A stretch of DNA of 64,000 nt from Gemmatimonadales bacterium. GTDB lineage: Bacteria; Gemmatimonadota; Gemmatimonadetes; Gemmatimonadales; GWC2-71-9. How positions within the stretch are numbered: the first letter of the stretch is position 1; each line of letters opens with the position of its first letter. Location: assembly GCA_965250155.1 (NCBI GenBank), contig OZ252291.1, positions 1,804,024 to 1,868,023 of the forward strand, given 5' to 3'. Of the stretch, positions 33,048 through 42,508 are shown piece by piece. Position numbers and translations under genes: made by a program. The notes beneath the pieces are model-generated. The model was not told the origin of the DNA. It saw nothing but the letters and a program-made list of their open reading frames with translations, and did no database searches.

Positions 33048-36000
33048 TCAGAGCGCCAGCTGGACCCTGGTGAACCACCGTCTCGTTTGCGCCTGGCCGT
33101 AGAAGCTTTCGTTGGCCGGCAAATTGGCCCGCCCGCCCAGCACGGTGCCCTCCGGATCGACACCGTTGAAGCGGGTCCACGTAGCGAGGTTTCTCCCGCC
33201 TATGGTGATGCTGGCGGACTCGCCTCCGAACCAGCCCAAGACGCTGTTCGGCAGCTGATACGTCACGCTAAGCTCCCGCCACTTGATGAACGAGCCGTCT
33301 TCTACAAAGACGAACCTCCGGTATTGACTGCCATCGACCAGGGACTTCTCTAGCCCCGCCTGTTGTTCGGGGGTGACGATGTCCGACCCTCTTGCTTGAC
33401 ACCCGCAGTCCCCCCCCTCCCGGAAGACGTACTGCCATTGGCCCCCGAAGTCACGACCCACGGACACGTTGGTGTTGTCGTCACCGTTAACCTTATCCAC
33501 CGCTCCCTTACGGTCGAAGCGCGTGGCAACGCGGAGCCTTCCGCCGAACAAAGAAATGTTGGTGGACAGATTTTCGAAGTCGCGCGGCTGCGGGTTTCCG
33601 AGGAGCGATAACTCCGGGTTACTTGCCAGGCCCAAGTCCCCAGGCTTGATCACCACACTGCCTGGGACGATTTGGCCGTCGTGGTTCCGCTCCGCCCTCT
33701 CGACGATCGGGCCGTAATAGCTCCCGGGGGCTTGCCCTTCCATAAACAGTCCCCGATTTGTCCCCAAGAGGAGCGGGGGGAAACCACCCATATCCGTGAT
33801 GATGGGGTTCTGCGTGGAGAGAAAGAACTCAACATCCCACGTGAAGCTCGGACTGTTCACAAGGTTGGCGCCGAGGAACACCTCGAAGCCGTTGTTCTTG
33901 AGCCCACCGACGTTGATCCACTGCTCACCCCGGAATCCGAAGGAGGGCGGAAGGAACCGCGTGACGATGGCGTCTCTGGTCTTCTGTCTGTAGTGTGTTG
34001 CCTTCAACGCAAAGCGGTCGTCGAAGAACCCCACATCGAACCCGAACTCTATCTCTGACTTTCTCTCAGCCGTCAGCTCCGGGTTCCCCGGAAACGCCGT
34101 GGAGATCCCCGTGACCTGTTGTCCACCTAGCTCCAGACGGACAGGCAGGAGTCTCTGGAGGGCCGCAGAGGTCGGGGGTGCCTGAGCCGCCTGGCCCCAG
34201 GCAAGGCGGAGGCGGAGGCTGTTGATAGGGCCCACGTTCCAGAACGGCATCTCGCTCAGCACCGCTGACGCGTTGATGCTGGGCGAGAAGATCCCTCCCT
34301 GGTTGACGCCGAACGCGCTGTTGTCATCGTACCGGAGTCCGCCGGTGACGAACAGGTAGTCTCTGAACCCAAAGCGCTGCTGCCCGTACACCCCGAGCTG
34401 AATGTTCTCCTCGAGGTTGGAGAATCCTGAAAAGAGCAGCGCTGCATCGCAGGCCTTGGCCGTCGGACTCGCGAAGCCGCCCTCGCCGATGCAGCTAACG
34501 GTTTCCTTCCTCAAGCTGAAATACTGCGCCCCAAGCGTTGTGGTCGACGCCAGAACCCCCTCAGGATTCAACGTCACCGTTCCGGTGTACTCATAGGTGC
34601 GGTTCTGGTCGGTGATTCGCGCATCCCGTATGAAACCCAGGGAAAGCACCCCAAACGGGCGATCTTCGTCCAGCGGGAACTCATTGAGATCCCTGCTCTG
34701 TATGTAATCCACGCCGCCGACCAACCGGTTCGTCAGCCAGGAAACGGGCGTCCATTGGGCCGTGACGCTCCCTATGAAGCGCCCGGTTTTCTGGCCACCG
34801 AAGATGGTGTTGAGCTTATCGAAATTGGCGACGAAGTTCCCCTGAGTTGCCAAGCAGACGCTTTCAGGGTCGCCCCGTTCGAGGGTGGCTAAGCAGTCTC
34901 CGCGGCTACCGTCGGGACGAACTCCGAAGGATGTGAGGACATTTCCCACCCCGGCGTTCGTGGTATAGCCCCGAAAACTCCGGGTGGACTCTGGAAACTG
35001 AATGTCCGTCTCCAGGTAGTTCGTATTGACCGAGATCTGCAGAGTCTCGCTCGGTCGGGCGACGATATTGGCCCGCAGGGATGTTTGTTTGAGGTTGCTC
35101 ACAGGTATTGGGCCCCGAGCGCCCTGATACCTTGCGGAAACGAAGTATGACATTTCAGGCACACCTCCACTGACGCTCACGGTTGTGTTTGAGAAAAGGC
35201 CCGTTCGCATTGGGCCCGTCAGGGGATTTCTCATCGGATTGTGGAAGCCAAAAACGTGGCCGGTGACCGGGTTCAGGATCGCGTTCCACTGTTGGGCGAC
35301 GGGGTCGTTGACGTCGGTGATCCCCATGAACTTGGTGAAGTCGTACCACTTGTCCCAGTAGTGGGCCCGATCCTCCTCGATCCCGGCCTCTGTAGTCACG
35401 GTGACGCGGTGCTGGCCCGGGCGGCCCCTCTTGGTCTGGATAATCATCACGCCTGACGCCGCTCCCGCCCCATACAGAGCCGTTGCCGTCGGGCCCTTGA
35501 TGATCTGAACACTCTCGATATCCAGGGGGTTTAGATCGTCGAGACGGGAGATGGTTCGGCCCTCCGTCCAGTCGACCGACTCAGGGCCCAGGTCCGACTC
35601 ATTGCTCACCCGGATCCCGTCGATCACGATGATCGGATTCGCGGCCATGGAGAAACTGGTAACTCCACGGACCCGGATCGTGGATGCCGTTCCGACGGGG
35701 CCACTACCCTGCGTAACAATGACTCCCGCGGCACGCCCACTGATCAGATCGGACATGCTGGTAATGGCCGATCTCTCCACTTCGGCCACCGCATCGAAGC
35801 GTTCGATGTCCGTGCCGATCTCCAAACGCCTGGCCTCCACCCCGGCCACCGAGATGACGATCTCCTCGAGGTCAATCGCCCGTCGCGTCATCTCGAAGTT
35901 GACGGTGAGTTCTTGCCCGGCTCTGACGCTCACCGTTGCCTCGACGAGCCCATAGCCGATTATCTGGGCCCGGAGAACCACCGTTCCAGTCTGTACCCTC

Positions 36001-36254
36001 AAGAGCTGAAATCGGCCTTCGGAGTCGGTACTGGCCCTGGCGGCAGTCCCCGGGATGCGGATTAGCACCCCGCTAATAGGGCGCTGAGTGGCCTCTTCGA
36101 TCACAAGGCCCGTGATCGCACCTTGTGCTTGCTGTGGCGCCTCTCGCAGGGCCCAGCCACCTGTCGTGGCAAGAGCTTCTCCTGGATGCAGCGGCACTCC
36201 GGCCGTCAGCGCAAACAGGGCCACGGCCCTCAGACTCACAATTGAGAGTGTCAT
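33048..36254 (-). CDS. susC: SusC/RagA-type TonB-dependent receptor
   Basis: Start chosen at MTLSIVSLRAVALFALTA (Met at 36254; ORF open to 36614). CarbopepD_reg-like GLVIEEATQRPISGVLIRIPGT..TDSEGRF, plug IRVRGVTSF...IIVIDG, long barrel ending in ..TRVQLAL. Confidence 0.85.
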   Translation of the reverse strand: MTLSIVSLRAVALFALTAGVPLHPGEALATTGGWALREAPQQAQGAITGLVIEEATQRPISGVLIRIPGTAARASTDSEGRFQLLRVQTGTVVLRAQIIGYGLVEATVSVRAGQELTVNFEMTRRAIDLEEIVISVAGVEARRLEIGTDIERFDAVAEVERSAITSMSDLISGRAAGVIVTQGSGPVGTASTIRVRGVTSFSMAANPIIVIDGIRVSNESDLGPESVDWTEGRTISRLDDLNPLDIESVQIIKGPTATALYGAGAASGVMIIQTKRGRPGQHRVTVTTEAGIEEDRAHYWDKWYDFTKFMGITDVNDPVAQQWNAILNPVTGHVFGFHNPMRNPLTGPMRTGLFSNTTVSVSGGVPEMSYFVSARYQGARGPIPVSNLKQTSLRANIVARPSETLQISVNTNYLETDIQFPESTRSFRGYTTNAGVGNVLTSFGVRPDGSRGDCLATLERGDPESVCLATQGNFVANFDKLNTIFGGQKTGRFIGSVTAQWTPVSWLTNRLVGGVDYIQSRDLNEFPLDEDRPFGVLSLGFIRDARITDQNRTYEYTGTVTLNPEGVLASTTTLGAQYFSLRKETVSCIGEGGFASPTAKACDAALLFSGFSNLEENIQLGVYGQQRFGFRDYLFVTGGLRYDDNSAFGVNQGGIFSPSINASAVLSEMPFWNVGPINSLRLRLAWGQAAQAPPTSAALQRLLPVRLELGGQQVTGISTAFPGNPELTAERKSEIEFGFDVGFFDDRFALKATHYRQKTRDAIVTRFLPPSFGFRGEQWINVGGLKNNGFEVFLGANLVNSPSFTWDVEFFLSTQNPIITDMGGFPPLLLGTNRGLFMEGQAPGSYYGPIVERAERNHDGQIVPGSVVIKPGDLGLASNPELSLLGNPQPRDFENLSTNISLFGGRLRVATRFDRKGAVDKVNGDDNTNVSVGRDFGGQWQYVFREGGDCGCQARGSDIVTPEQQAGLEKSLVDGSQYRRFVFVEDGSFIKWRELSVTYQLPNSVLGWFGGESASITIGGRNLATWTRFNGVDPEGTVLGGRANLPANESFYGQAQTRRWFTRVQLAL

Positions 36255-36480
36255 TGAAGAAACCTCCGTTCTGAGGAAATTCGTTCTGGACAAATCAGCG
36301 CTTCTTCGTCTCTTCGTTTGAGGAACCAGTGCGCGGGGAGCCAGACTATCAACAATAAAGTTAAGCATATGACGCTCGCTACGCTCGGTGTCAAGGGCCG
36401 TCGGCCACCGGAGCGGGCACGGCGCGAGGCCGGAGAGTCGATGACCGCGGGATTTGGTGGAGGTCCGGGGGGTCCTGGTG

Positions 36481-36693
36481 TCACTTCTCACGAGGATGAG
36501 CCTCCTCAAACGTCGGCTCGAAGATCGGATCGTAGACGTCGGGCTTGGTGATCGCCGCCCGCAGGTTGTCGAGGATGAGCCGTCTGGGGACACCGTCAAA
36601 AAAGGCGAAGGCATCTTCCAGCCCGCCGATCAGATCCTCGAGCTTCTGCGAGCGCGTGACGTGGACGTACTGGTGCCGGCTGCGGACCAGCAA
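36481..36693 (-). mobile_element. internal fragment of an IS21-family transposase (IstA)
   Basis: LEDLIGGLEDAFAFFDGVPRRLILDNLRAAITKPDVYDPIFEPTFEEA matches the conserved IstA segment (..AfefFGGvP..il.DN.kaav). Only about 60 codons are present, with no flanking IS ends. Confidence 0.65.
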
Positions 36694-36789
36694 AAACCGC
36701 AGTACTTGACCGCGAACCGGTGCAGCGAGCTGTACGCTACCTCAACGCCCTCACGGGCGAGCAGGCAGTGGACCGCTGCAAATCGGCTT

Positions 36790-37288
36790 TCAATAATGCA
36801 CGCACCGAACGGCTCATCGGGTTTCTCCTCGCCGGCGTCTTCATGCTCATCGGCCTCGGCTTGCTGTACCTCGGCTGGAGCGTCTACTCCTAGCTGGCTC
36901 GGCTGTTGGCGACCGGTGAGTCGGCCACGGGTCGCGTCGTGGCGCTAGAACGCGTGGCAGGCAGCGCGGCTGGAGACGGGGACCGGGACGAGTTCGTGCC
37001 CCGCGTGCAGTTCACCACACGGGATGGCGTGCAGATTGTCTTCCTGGGGTCCATCACGAAGGGTTTTGGGCGTCCGGATACCAGGTGGGGGACACGGTGC
37101 GGGTGGTCTATGACCCGGCGGATGCGGAGAACGCGCGGATCGACGAGCTGGCCGAGCTGTGGTTCGCGCCGGCGTTGCTCGCCGTGATCGGCGCCGACGC
37201 GCTCATCATTCCTCCGTACACCATGTGGCGGGTGATCCGGGCGAACCCCCTTACCGCCCGCCATCATTCCAATTCAACAGCGCATTAA
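36790..37288 (+). pseudogene. DUF3592-like membrane protein, disrupted
   Basis: LIGFLLAGVFMLIGLGLLYLGWSVYS-TAG(36891)-LARLLATGESATGRVVALE...VQFTTRDGVQIVF, then a 1-nt slip at 37076-37077 before YQVGDTVRVVYDPADAENARIDE. No credible start codon. Confidence 0.65.
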
Positions 37289-40109
37289 ACACCATCGGCG
37301 CATCATGATGATTCAAAAACCGATGTAACGGATTGAATGTGAACACGATTACCCGCCCCGCGTCGTCCCGGCCCGCCGGCACAGCGAAGACCGCCCCGTG
37401 GCCCACTATGTGCTTGCTGTTTCGTACCATGCCACTGAGCACATAAGGCTGCCCGCGCGGCCGGGCGTCGGCTTCGCCGCCTGCGGTTTCCTGCGAGTCC
37501 TGCTCGGCCGTTACGGCCGTCGCCTCCGGCATGCCCATGATGTCGGTCACGACCGTATCCCGCTCGTCCGCCAGCGGCTCGGTGCCGTACTGCAGCACGA
37601 TGAGCCCGCGATCGCGCCGAGCGGTGCGCCACAACACCCCGTTGCCGCGGAACACGTGCGTGACCTCGGGGAAACCGTACATGATGGGATGGTTCGGCCG
37701 CCTGGCCTTGGTGCTGACCACCGAGCCGGGATGGAAGAGCTCCGATGGATTGTACTGCTGCAGCTCGCGCACCAGACCGGTCTCCGTCACGAACCGCGCA
37801 GCATTCTTGAGGGCAATCAGCGTCCCGCCCCCATCCAGAAAACGCTCCAGCTCGGCCATGCCCAAGAACCCCGGGCCGCCGGTCATGTCCGCAGTACTGC
37901 TTGGCTTGCCGTGGGAGGCGAACTCCGCCGTCTCGGTGAACGGCAGCGGTCCCCACTTCGCGTCCACCCCGTGGATCCACTGCGGGCCCCCGCCGCCCGC
38001 CGTGGGCACCAGGATGACGTCGAACCGGCGGCGCAGATTGCCTGCGTGAAAGTCGTCCTTATGTATGGAGGTGTACGGAATGCCGAGCTGCTCGAACCAG
38101 TACCGCACCCAGCCTTCGTTCTGGGTCGAGAACCAGGTGTGATAGATCGCCACCCGGGGCAAGTCCAACGCGTGACGCCGCACCCCGGGCGGGCCCGCCT
38201 GCACCAGCGTGAACCCGTACTCTCGAGCCAGCCACTCGGCCCCGCCGGCCGATAACCCTTCTACTAATACCGTGCCGGCAGCCCACTCTGACCCCGCGGC
38301 GGTGAATGTGGTCTCGGCCGCAAATGCCGCGGCACGTGCCTCCCGATGCTTCAAGGCATAGAGCGCCGGAAGCAGCTCGGCCTGCGCGGTGTACTTCAAT
38401 AACCAGGTGTTTTGCGCCTGACTCCCCGACCCGCTCGAGGCTGTTGTGCGGGTCGCCGTGCCGCGCCAGGCAATGGTGTCGCTGACGCGCTCCAGCCCCC
38501 GCCACGTGAGCACCGCGGGATCGTTCACCTCCTGCACCTCGACGCCGTACAGCAACCCCAGCGTCCAGGCGATGTCGTCGTACGGCGGATACCGGGCCGA
38601 GCTGGGATAGTCCTGCTTGGTGAGTAAGTTGACGGCCAGGTCGCGATAGGGCTGGTCCAGCTTGACTACAAAAGCGCCCGGCAGCGTGTCGGTCGTCCGG
38701 TGCACCTGGATGGCGTGCCGCATCAATTGATTCACCAGGTACGCCGCCCGCTTGGGGTCGCGCTGCGAGTCCAATGCCGGGATCACGAAACCGTGCGGCG
38801 GCTTGGTGCGCCCGCGCTCGATGGAGTTGGCACCCTTCTTCCAGAAGTTGACCAGCAGGTCCCGCGCGTTGCGCGCCGTGTAATCCAGCGACGCCAGCAC
38901 TCCCCCCTGCATGAGGTTGGTGTTGTTGCGCAACGACCAGAGCACCTTCTCGGTGGGCGGCCAGGGCCGGTACCACTGCGCCGTGGTCACCGAGTCGCCG
39001 GCGTAGGTCCGCCCCCGCAGGTCGCGCAGGTACGTCTCCGCACCGCTGTTCCCGAACGTCTCGTAGAACCGGCTGATGCCGTTGTGGTTGGTGGCCACCC
39101 AGGCGCCGTACCCCGGCCACCAGCCGTCGAAGAATCCCCACGTCCATACGCCCGGCACGCCCTGGGCGGTCATCGCCTGAATGTCCCAGTTGGCCAGCGT
39201 CTGCCACTCGGTGATGATGATGGGATCCACCGTCCTGTTGTACGGCCCCGTGCCGGTGGAGACGTAGAGCAGCGGCACCGACTCGTGCAGGTCGTGCACG
39301 ACGAGAGGATGCCACGCGTAATAGCTGCGATAGATCGCCTTGGTCAGCTCCTGAGAAATCTGTAGGCCGTCACGATTGTTGTCGTGGTAGACGTACTTCC
39401 CCCAATAGGGCGTGGAGCGCGGGAACCCGTCGTTCATCTCCTCCCGCCCCTTGGTGTAGCGGTAGTACCAGTCCACCTGGCGGTCGCGGCCGTCCGGCTC
39501 GGCCACGGGATTGATGAGCACCACCACGTTCTGCCGGATGCGCGCAACCGTGGGGTCGTCGGACACGGCCAGCCGGTACGCCAGCTCGGGCAGCATCTCG
39601 GGCGGCCCCATCTCCGGCGAGTGCAGTCCCCCCATCAGGTAGTAGACCGGCTTGATCTCCCCCACCAGCTGCTCCATCGCGGCGCGGTCCGTCGTGCGCG
39701 GGTCTGCCAGTTGAGCGAGTCCCTGCCGGATCCGGTCGAGATCGGCCATCGCCGTCTCGTCGGCGATGATGACCAGCAGCAGTTCCCGACCCGCCTCCGT
39801 CCGGCCTACGGTCTCCACCCGCACATGGGGCGACGCCTGCGCCAGGGCGCGGTAGTAGCCGTACAACTCGGCGCTCCGGTGCATCACCGCCGGCGCACCG
39901 GCGATGGTGCCGAAATGATCCAGCGGCGACGGCACGGTGGGGTGTTCCGGTATGGCGGCCACCGCGGCCGGCAGGAACCGCGTGTCGGTGGTGGCCTCGC
40001 GGATCATCCGCTCGTAGGTGGTGTCCCGCGCCTGTCCCTGTTGGGGGTCCGGGACAACGGGGGCGGCGGGGGCGGCGGCGAGGAGGACGGCGAGAACAGG
40101 AATAGTCAT
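37251..40109 (-). CDS. large M14-family zinc carboxypeptidase-like protein, secreted
   Basis: Start at MTIPVLAVLLAAAPAAP (40109; ORF open to 40181). MGGLHSPEMGPPEML (HxxE) and HDLHES regions. Confidence 0.7.
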   Translation of the reverse strand: MTIPVLAVLLAAAPAAPVVPDPQQGQARDTTYERMIREATTDTRFLPAAVAAIPEHPTVPSPLDHFGTIAGAPAVMHRSAELYGYYRALAQASPHVRVETVGRTEAGRELLLVIIADETAMADLDRIRQGLAQLADPRTTDRAAMEQLVGEIKPVYYLMGGLHSPEMGPPEMLPELAYRLAVSDDPTVARIRQNVVVLINPVAEPDGRDRQVDWYYRYTKGREEMNDGFPRSTPYWGKYVYHDNNRDGLQISQELTKAIYRSYYAWHPLVVHDLHESVPLLYVSTGTGPYNRTVDPIIITEWQTLANWDIQAMTAQGVPGVWTWGFFDGWWPGYGAWVATNHNGISRFYETFGNSGAETYLRDLRGRTYAGDSVTTAQWYRPWPPTEKVLWSLRNNTNLMQGGVLASLDYTARNARDLLVNFWKKGANSIERGRTKPPHGFVIPALDSQRDPKRAAYLVNQLMRHAIQVHRTTDTLPGAFVVKLDQPYRDLAVNLLTKQDYPSSARYPPYDDIAWTLGLLYGVEVQEVNDPAVLTWRGLERVSDTIAWRGTATRTTASSGSGSQAQNTWLLKYTAQAELLPALYALKHREARAAAFAAETTFTAAGSEWAAGTVLVEGLSAGGAEWLAREYGFTLVQAGPPGVRRHALDLPRVAIYHTWFSTQNEGWVRYWFEQLGIPYTSIHKDDFHAGNLRRRFDVILVPTAGGGGPQWIHGVDAKWGPLPFTETAEFASHGKPSSTADMTGGPGFLGMAELERFLDGGGTLIALKNAARFVTETGLVRELQQYNPSELFHPGSVVSTKARRPNHPIMYGFPEVTHVFRGNGVLWRTARRDRGLIVLQYGTEPLADERDTVVTDIMGMPEATAVTAEQDSQETAGGEADARPRGQPYVLSGMVRNSKHIVGHGAVFAVPAGRDDAGRVIVFTFNPLHRFLNHHDAPMVFNALLNWNDGGR

Positions 40110-40262
40110 GGCGTGATGCTGGCTAAGGGAAACGCAGCTGGTGGCGTAAACTACCCTGCAGCCAGCGGGCGTGTGAGCCACGGACCCCCGGGGCCCGGAT
40201 TGTTTCCTGGATCTCCCGGGCGTGTTATCAGCAGCCGAGGACGCGGTTGGCCCGTGTCAGAT

Positions 40263-40291
40263 AGAAAGGGTGGGCCATGCCCACCCTTTCT
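40263..40291. repeat. perfect 13-bp-stem hairpin in a divergent intergenic region
   Basis: AGAAAGGGTGGGC-CAT-GCCCACCCTTTCT. Confidence 0.85.
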
Positions 40292-40701
40292 TCCGCGTGC
40301 CCGCCCGACAGCGAGCCCCGCGCGGCATTCGAACACACCTGATCGCCGATCAGACGGCTGTGTCGATCCAAGTCGAACAGCCGGTGTTACGCGTTCATTA
40401 TCGTCGCAAAGTCGCGTAGGATAAGGAACCTCAAAAGAACCTAGGGCATCGAGCCTGGTTTCGTCAAGTGTCTCGTGTGCAACGCGCAGGTCGGCACGCG
40501 ATCGCATACGACCGAAGCTGACCCAATCCAGAGTTGGCTGCAAAATGGAGACAAACAACTGGCGAGATCTTGTCTCGCTCCATGGCGCGTACCTTCGCTT
40601 GCGTGTGTTTCAACGCCCGCTCCTCCGGATCGCCCCCCCGCTGGCGGACGACGCTGGAGAGGCGTATGGTTGCCCGGCGCTCACCGGAAGAGATTTTCAC
40701 T

Positions 40702-42123
40702 ATGACCGACATGACCCCCGGCGACTTCTTCGCCTTCGCCAAGGAACGCGACGCCGAGATGGTGGACCTCAAGTTCAGCGACCTCCTCGGCACGTGGCAG
40801 CACTGTTCGTTCCCCACCGATACCTGGGACGAGCAGACCTTCACCGATGGCGTCGGGTTCGACGGCTCGTCCATCCGCGGCTGGCAGGGCATCCACGTCT
40901 CCGACATGCTCGCCGTGCCCAACCCTTCCACCACCCGGCTTGACCCTTTCTTCCGGGAGCCCACGGTGAGCGTGATCGCCGACATCGTGGACCCCGTCAC
41001 CCGGGAGGACTACACGCGGGATCCCCGGCACGTAGCCCGGAAGGCGACCGAGTACTTGAAGGAGACGGGAATCGGCGACGTGTGCTTCATCGGCCCGGAG
41101 CCCGAGTTCTTCATCTTCGACCAGGTGCGGTACGAGCAGACCGAGAACCGGGGCTTCTACGAGATCGACTCCATCGAAGGGGCGTGGAACACCGCGCGCT
41201 TCGAGGAGCCGAACCTCGGCTACAAGCCCAGCTTCAAGGGCGGGTACTTCCCGGTGAGCCCCACGGACACGTACCACGACCTCCGGGGCGAGATGGTCTA
41301 TGAGCTTCGGAAGGTGGGGATCGTGGTGGAGGCGCACCACCACGAGGTGGGAACGGCGGGGCAGAGCGAGATCGACATGCAATACGCACCGCTCCTCGAC
41401 CAGGCCGACCAGTTCATGTGGTACAAGTACATCGTGAAGAACGTGGCGAAGCGCCAGGGGAAGACCGTCACGTTCATGCCGAAGCCGATCTTCCAGGACA
41501 ACGGCAGCGGCATGCACACCCACGTGTCGCTGTGGAAGGACGGCAAGCCCCTGTTCGCGGGCGAGGGATACGCGGGGTTGAGCGACCTTGCGCTGCACGG
41601 GATCGGCGGGCTCTTGAAGCACGCGCCGGCCGTGCTCGCGTTCGCGGCGCCGACGTCGAACTCGTACCGGCGGCTGGTGCCGGGCTTCGAGGCGCCCGTG
41701 AACCTGGTCATGTCGGCCCGGAACCGTTCGGCCGCGGTGCGGATCCCCATGTACTCGGAGAAACCCAAGGCCCGGCGGCTCGAGTTCCGGTGCCCCGACC
41801 CGAGCTGCAACGGGTACCTCATGTTCTCGGCGATGCTCATGGCCGTGCTCGACGGCATCCAGAACAAGATCGATCCCGGTGAGCCGCTGGACCGTGACAT
41901 CTACGAGCTGGAGCCGCACGAGCTCGAGCGGTACCCGCACGCCCCCGGTTCACTGCCGGAAGCGCTTCAGGCGCTCGAGCGGGACCACGCTTTCCTCACC
42001 AAGGGGCACGTGTTCACCGACGACCTGATCGAGACGTGGATCAGCTACAAGATGGAGAACGAGGTGGAACCGCTGCAGCTTCGGCCGCATCCGTACGAGT
42101 TCCACCTGTACTACGACAGCTGA
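40702..42123 (+). CDS. glnA: glutamine synthetase, type I
   Basis: [30 protein letters not shown].., [43 protein letters not shown]. Confidence 0.9.
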   Translation: MTDMTPGDFFAFAKERDAEMVDLKFSDLLGTWQHCSFPTDTWDEQTFTDGVGFDGSSIRGWQGIHVSDMLAVPNPSTTRLDPFFREPTVSVIADIVDPVTREDYTRDPRHVARKATEYLKETGIGDVCFIGPEPEFFIFDQVRYEQTENRGFYEIDSIEGAWNTARFEEPNLGYKPSFKGGYFPVSPTDTYHDLRGEMVYELRKVGIVVEAHHHEVGTAGQSEIDMQYAPLLDQADQFMWYKYIVKNVAKRQGKTVTFMPKPIFQDNGSGMHTHVSLWKDGKPLFAGEGYAGLSDLALHGIGGLLKHAPAVLAFAAPTSNSYRRLVPGFEAPVNLVMSARNRSAAVRIPMYSEKPKARRLEFRCPDPSCNGYLMFSAMLMAVLDGIQNKIDPGEPLDRDIYELEPHELERYPHAPGSLPEALQALERDHAFLTKGHVFTDDLIETWISYKMENEVEPLQLRPHPYEFHLYYDS

Positions 42124-42508
42124 GGGGGCGTCCGCATCGCTGGCCCGTTTGCGAACTGCCTCCGGTTCATTCGCCATCTTGGCGAAGGCGGCATGGCAAC
42201 GATTGACGGCGCGATTCAGCCGGTGCAGGATCAACAAACGCTTTGGCTTAGGGGAGCCTTGGGAAAGACATCGATGTCGACCTGTCTCAGGAGATGGCCA
42301 CTGCGGTGAACGAAACCAGCCATAGTACGAGCGCCAAGCTCGATCCAAATCCCGCCGTCCCGACTCGTTCCGTCGAATTCCGAATTCGCGCCAGCGTCGG
42401 GACTCGAACCACCGGTCATTAGCCCGCTCATTGCCATGGGCACCTTTTCCCCCGCTGGGCGCTACCGGTTGTCGCGCAGCTGCTCAGCGGCTAAGCTAGG
42501 CCCTCAGC

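Noticed and set aside
36254-36614. 120-codon N-terminal extension of the SusC ORF.
   Set aside because: The extension is Ser/Arg/Thr/Pro-rich junk. A good signal peptide begins at the Met at 36254, which gives a normal receptor length.
42290-42470. Possible tRNA gene, suggested by GGTTCGAGTCC on the minus strand at 42400-42410 and T-loop-like sequence on the plus strand at 42341-42352. Similar sequence at 6530-6556.
   Set aside because: I could not fold a cloverleaf. The T-stem arms do not pair (GGTGG vs CCCGA). The putative anticodon stem leaves a 12-nt loop. The acceptor pairs only if one C is deleted. These are treated as tRNA-like fragments, not genes.
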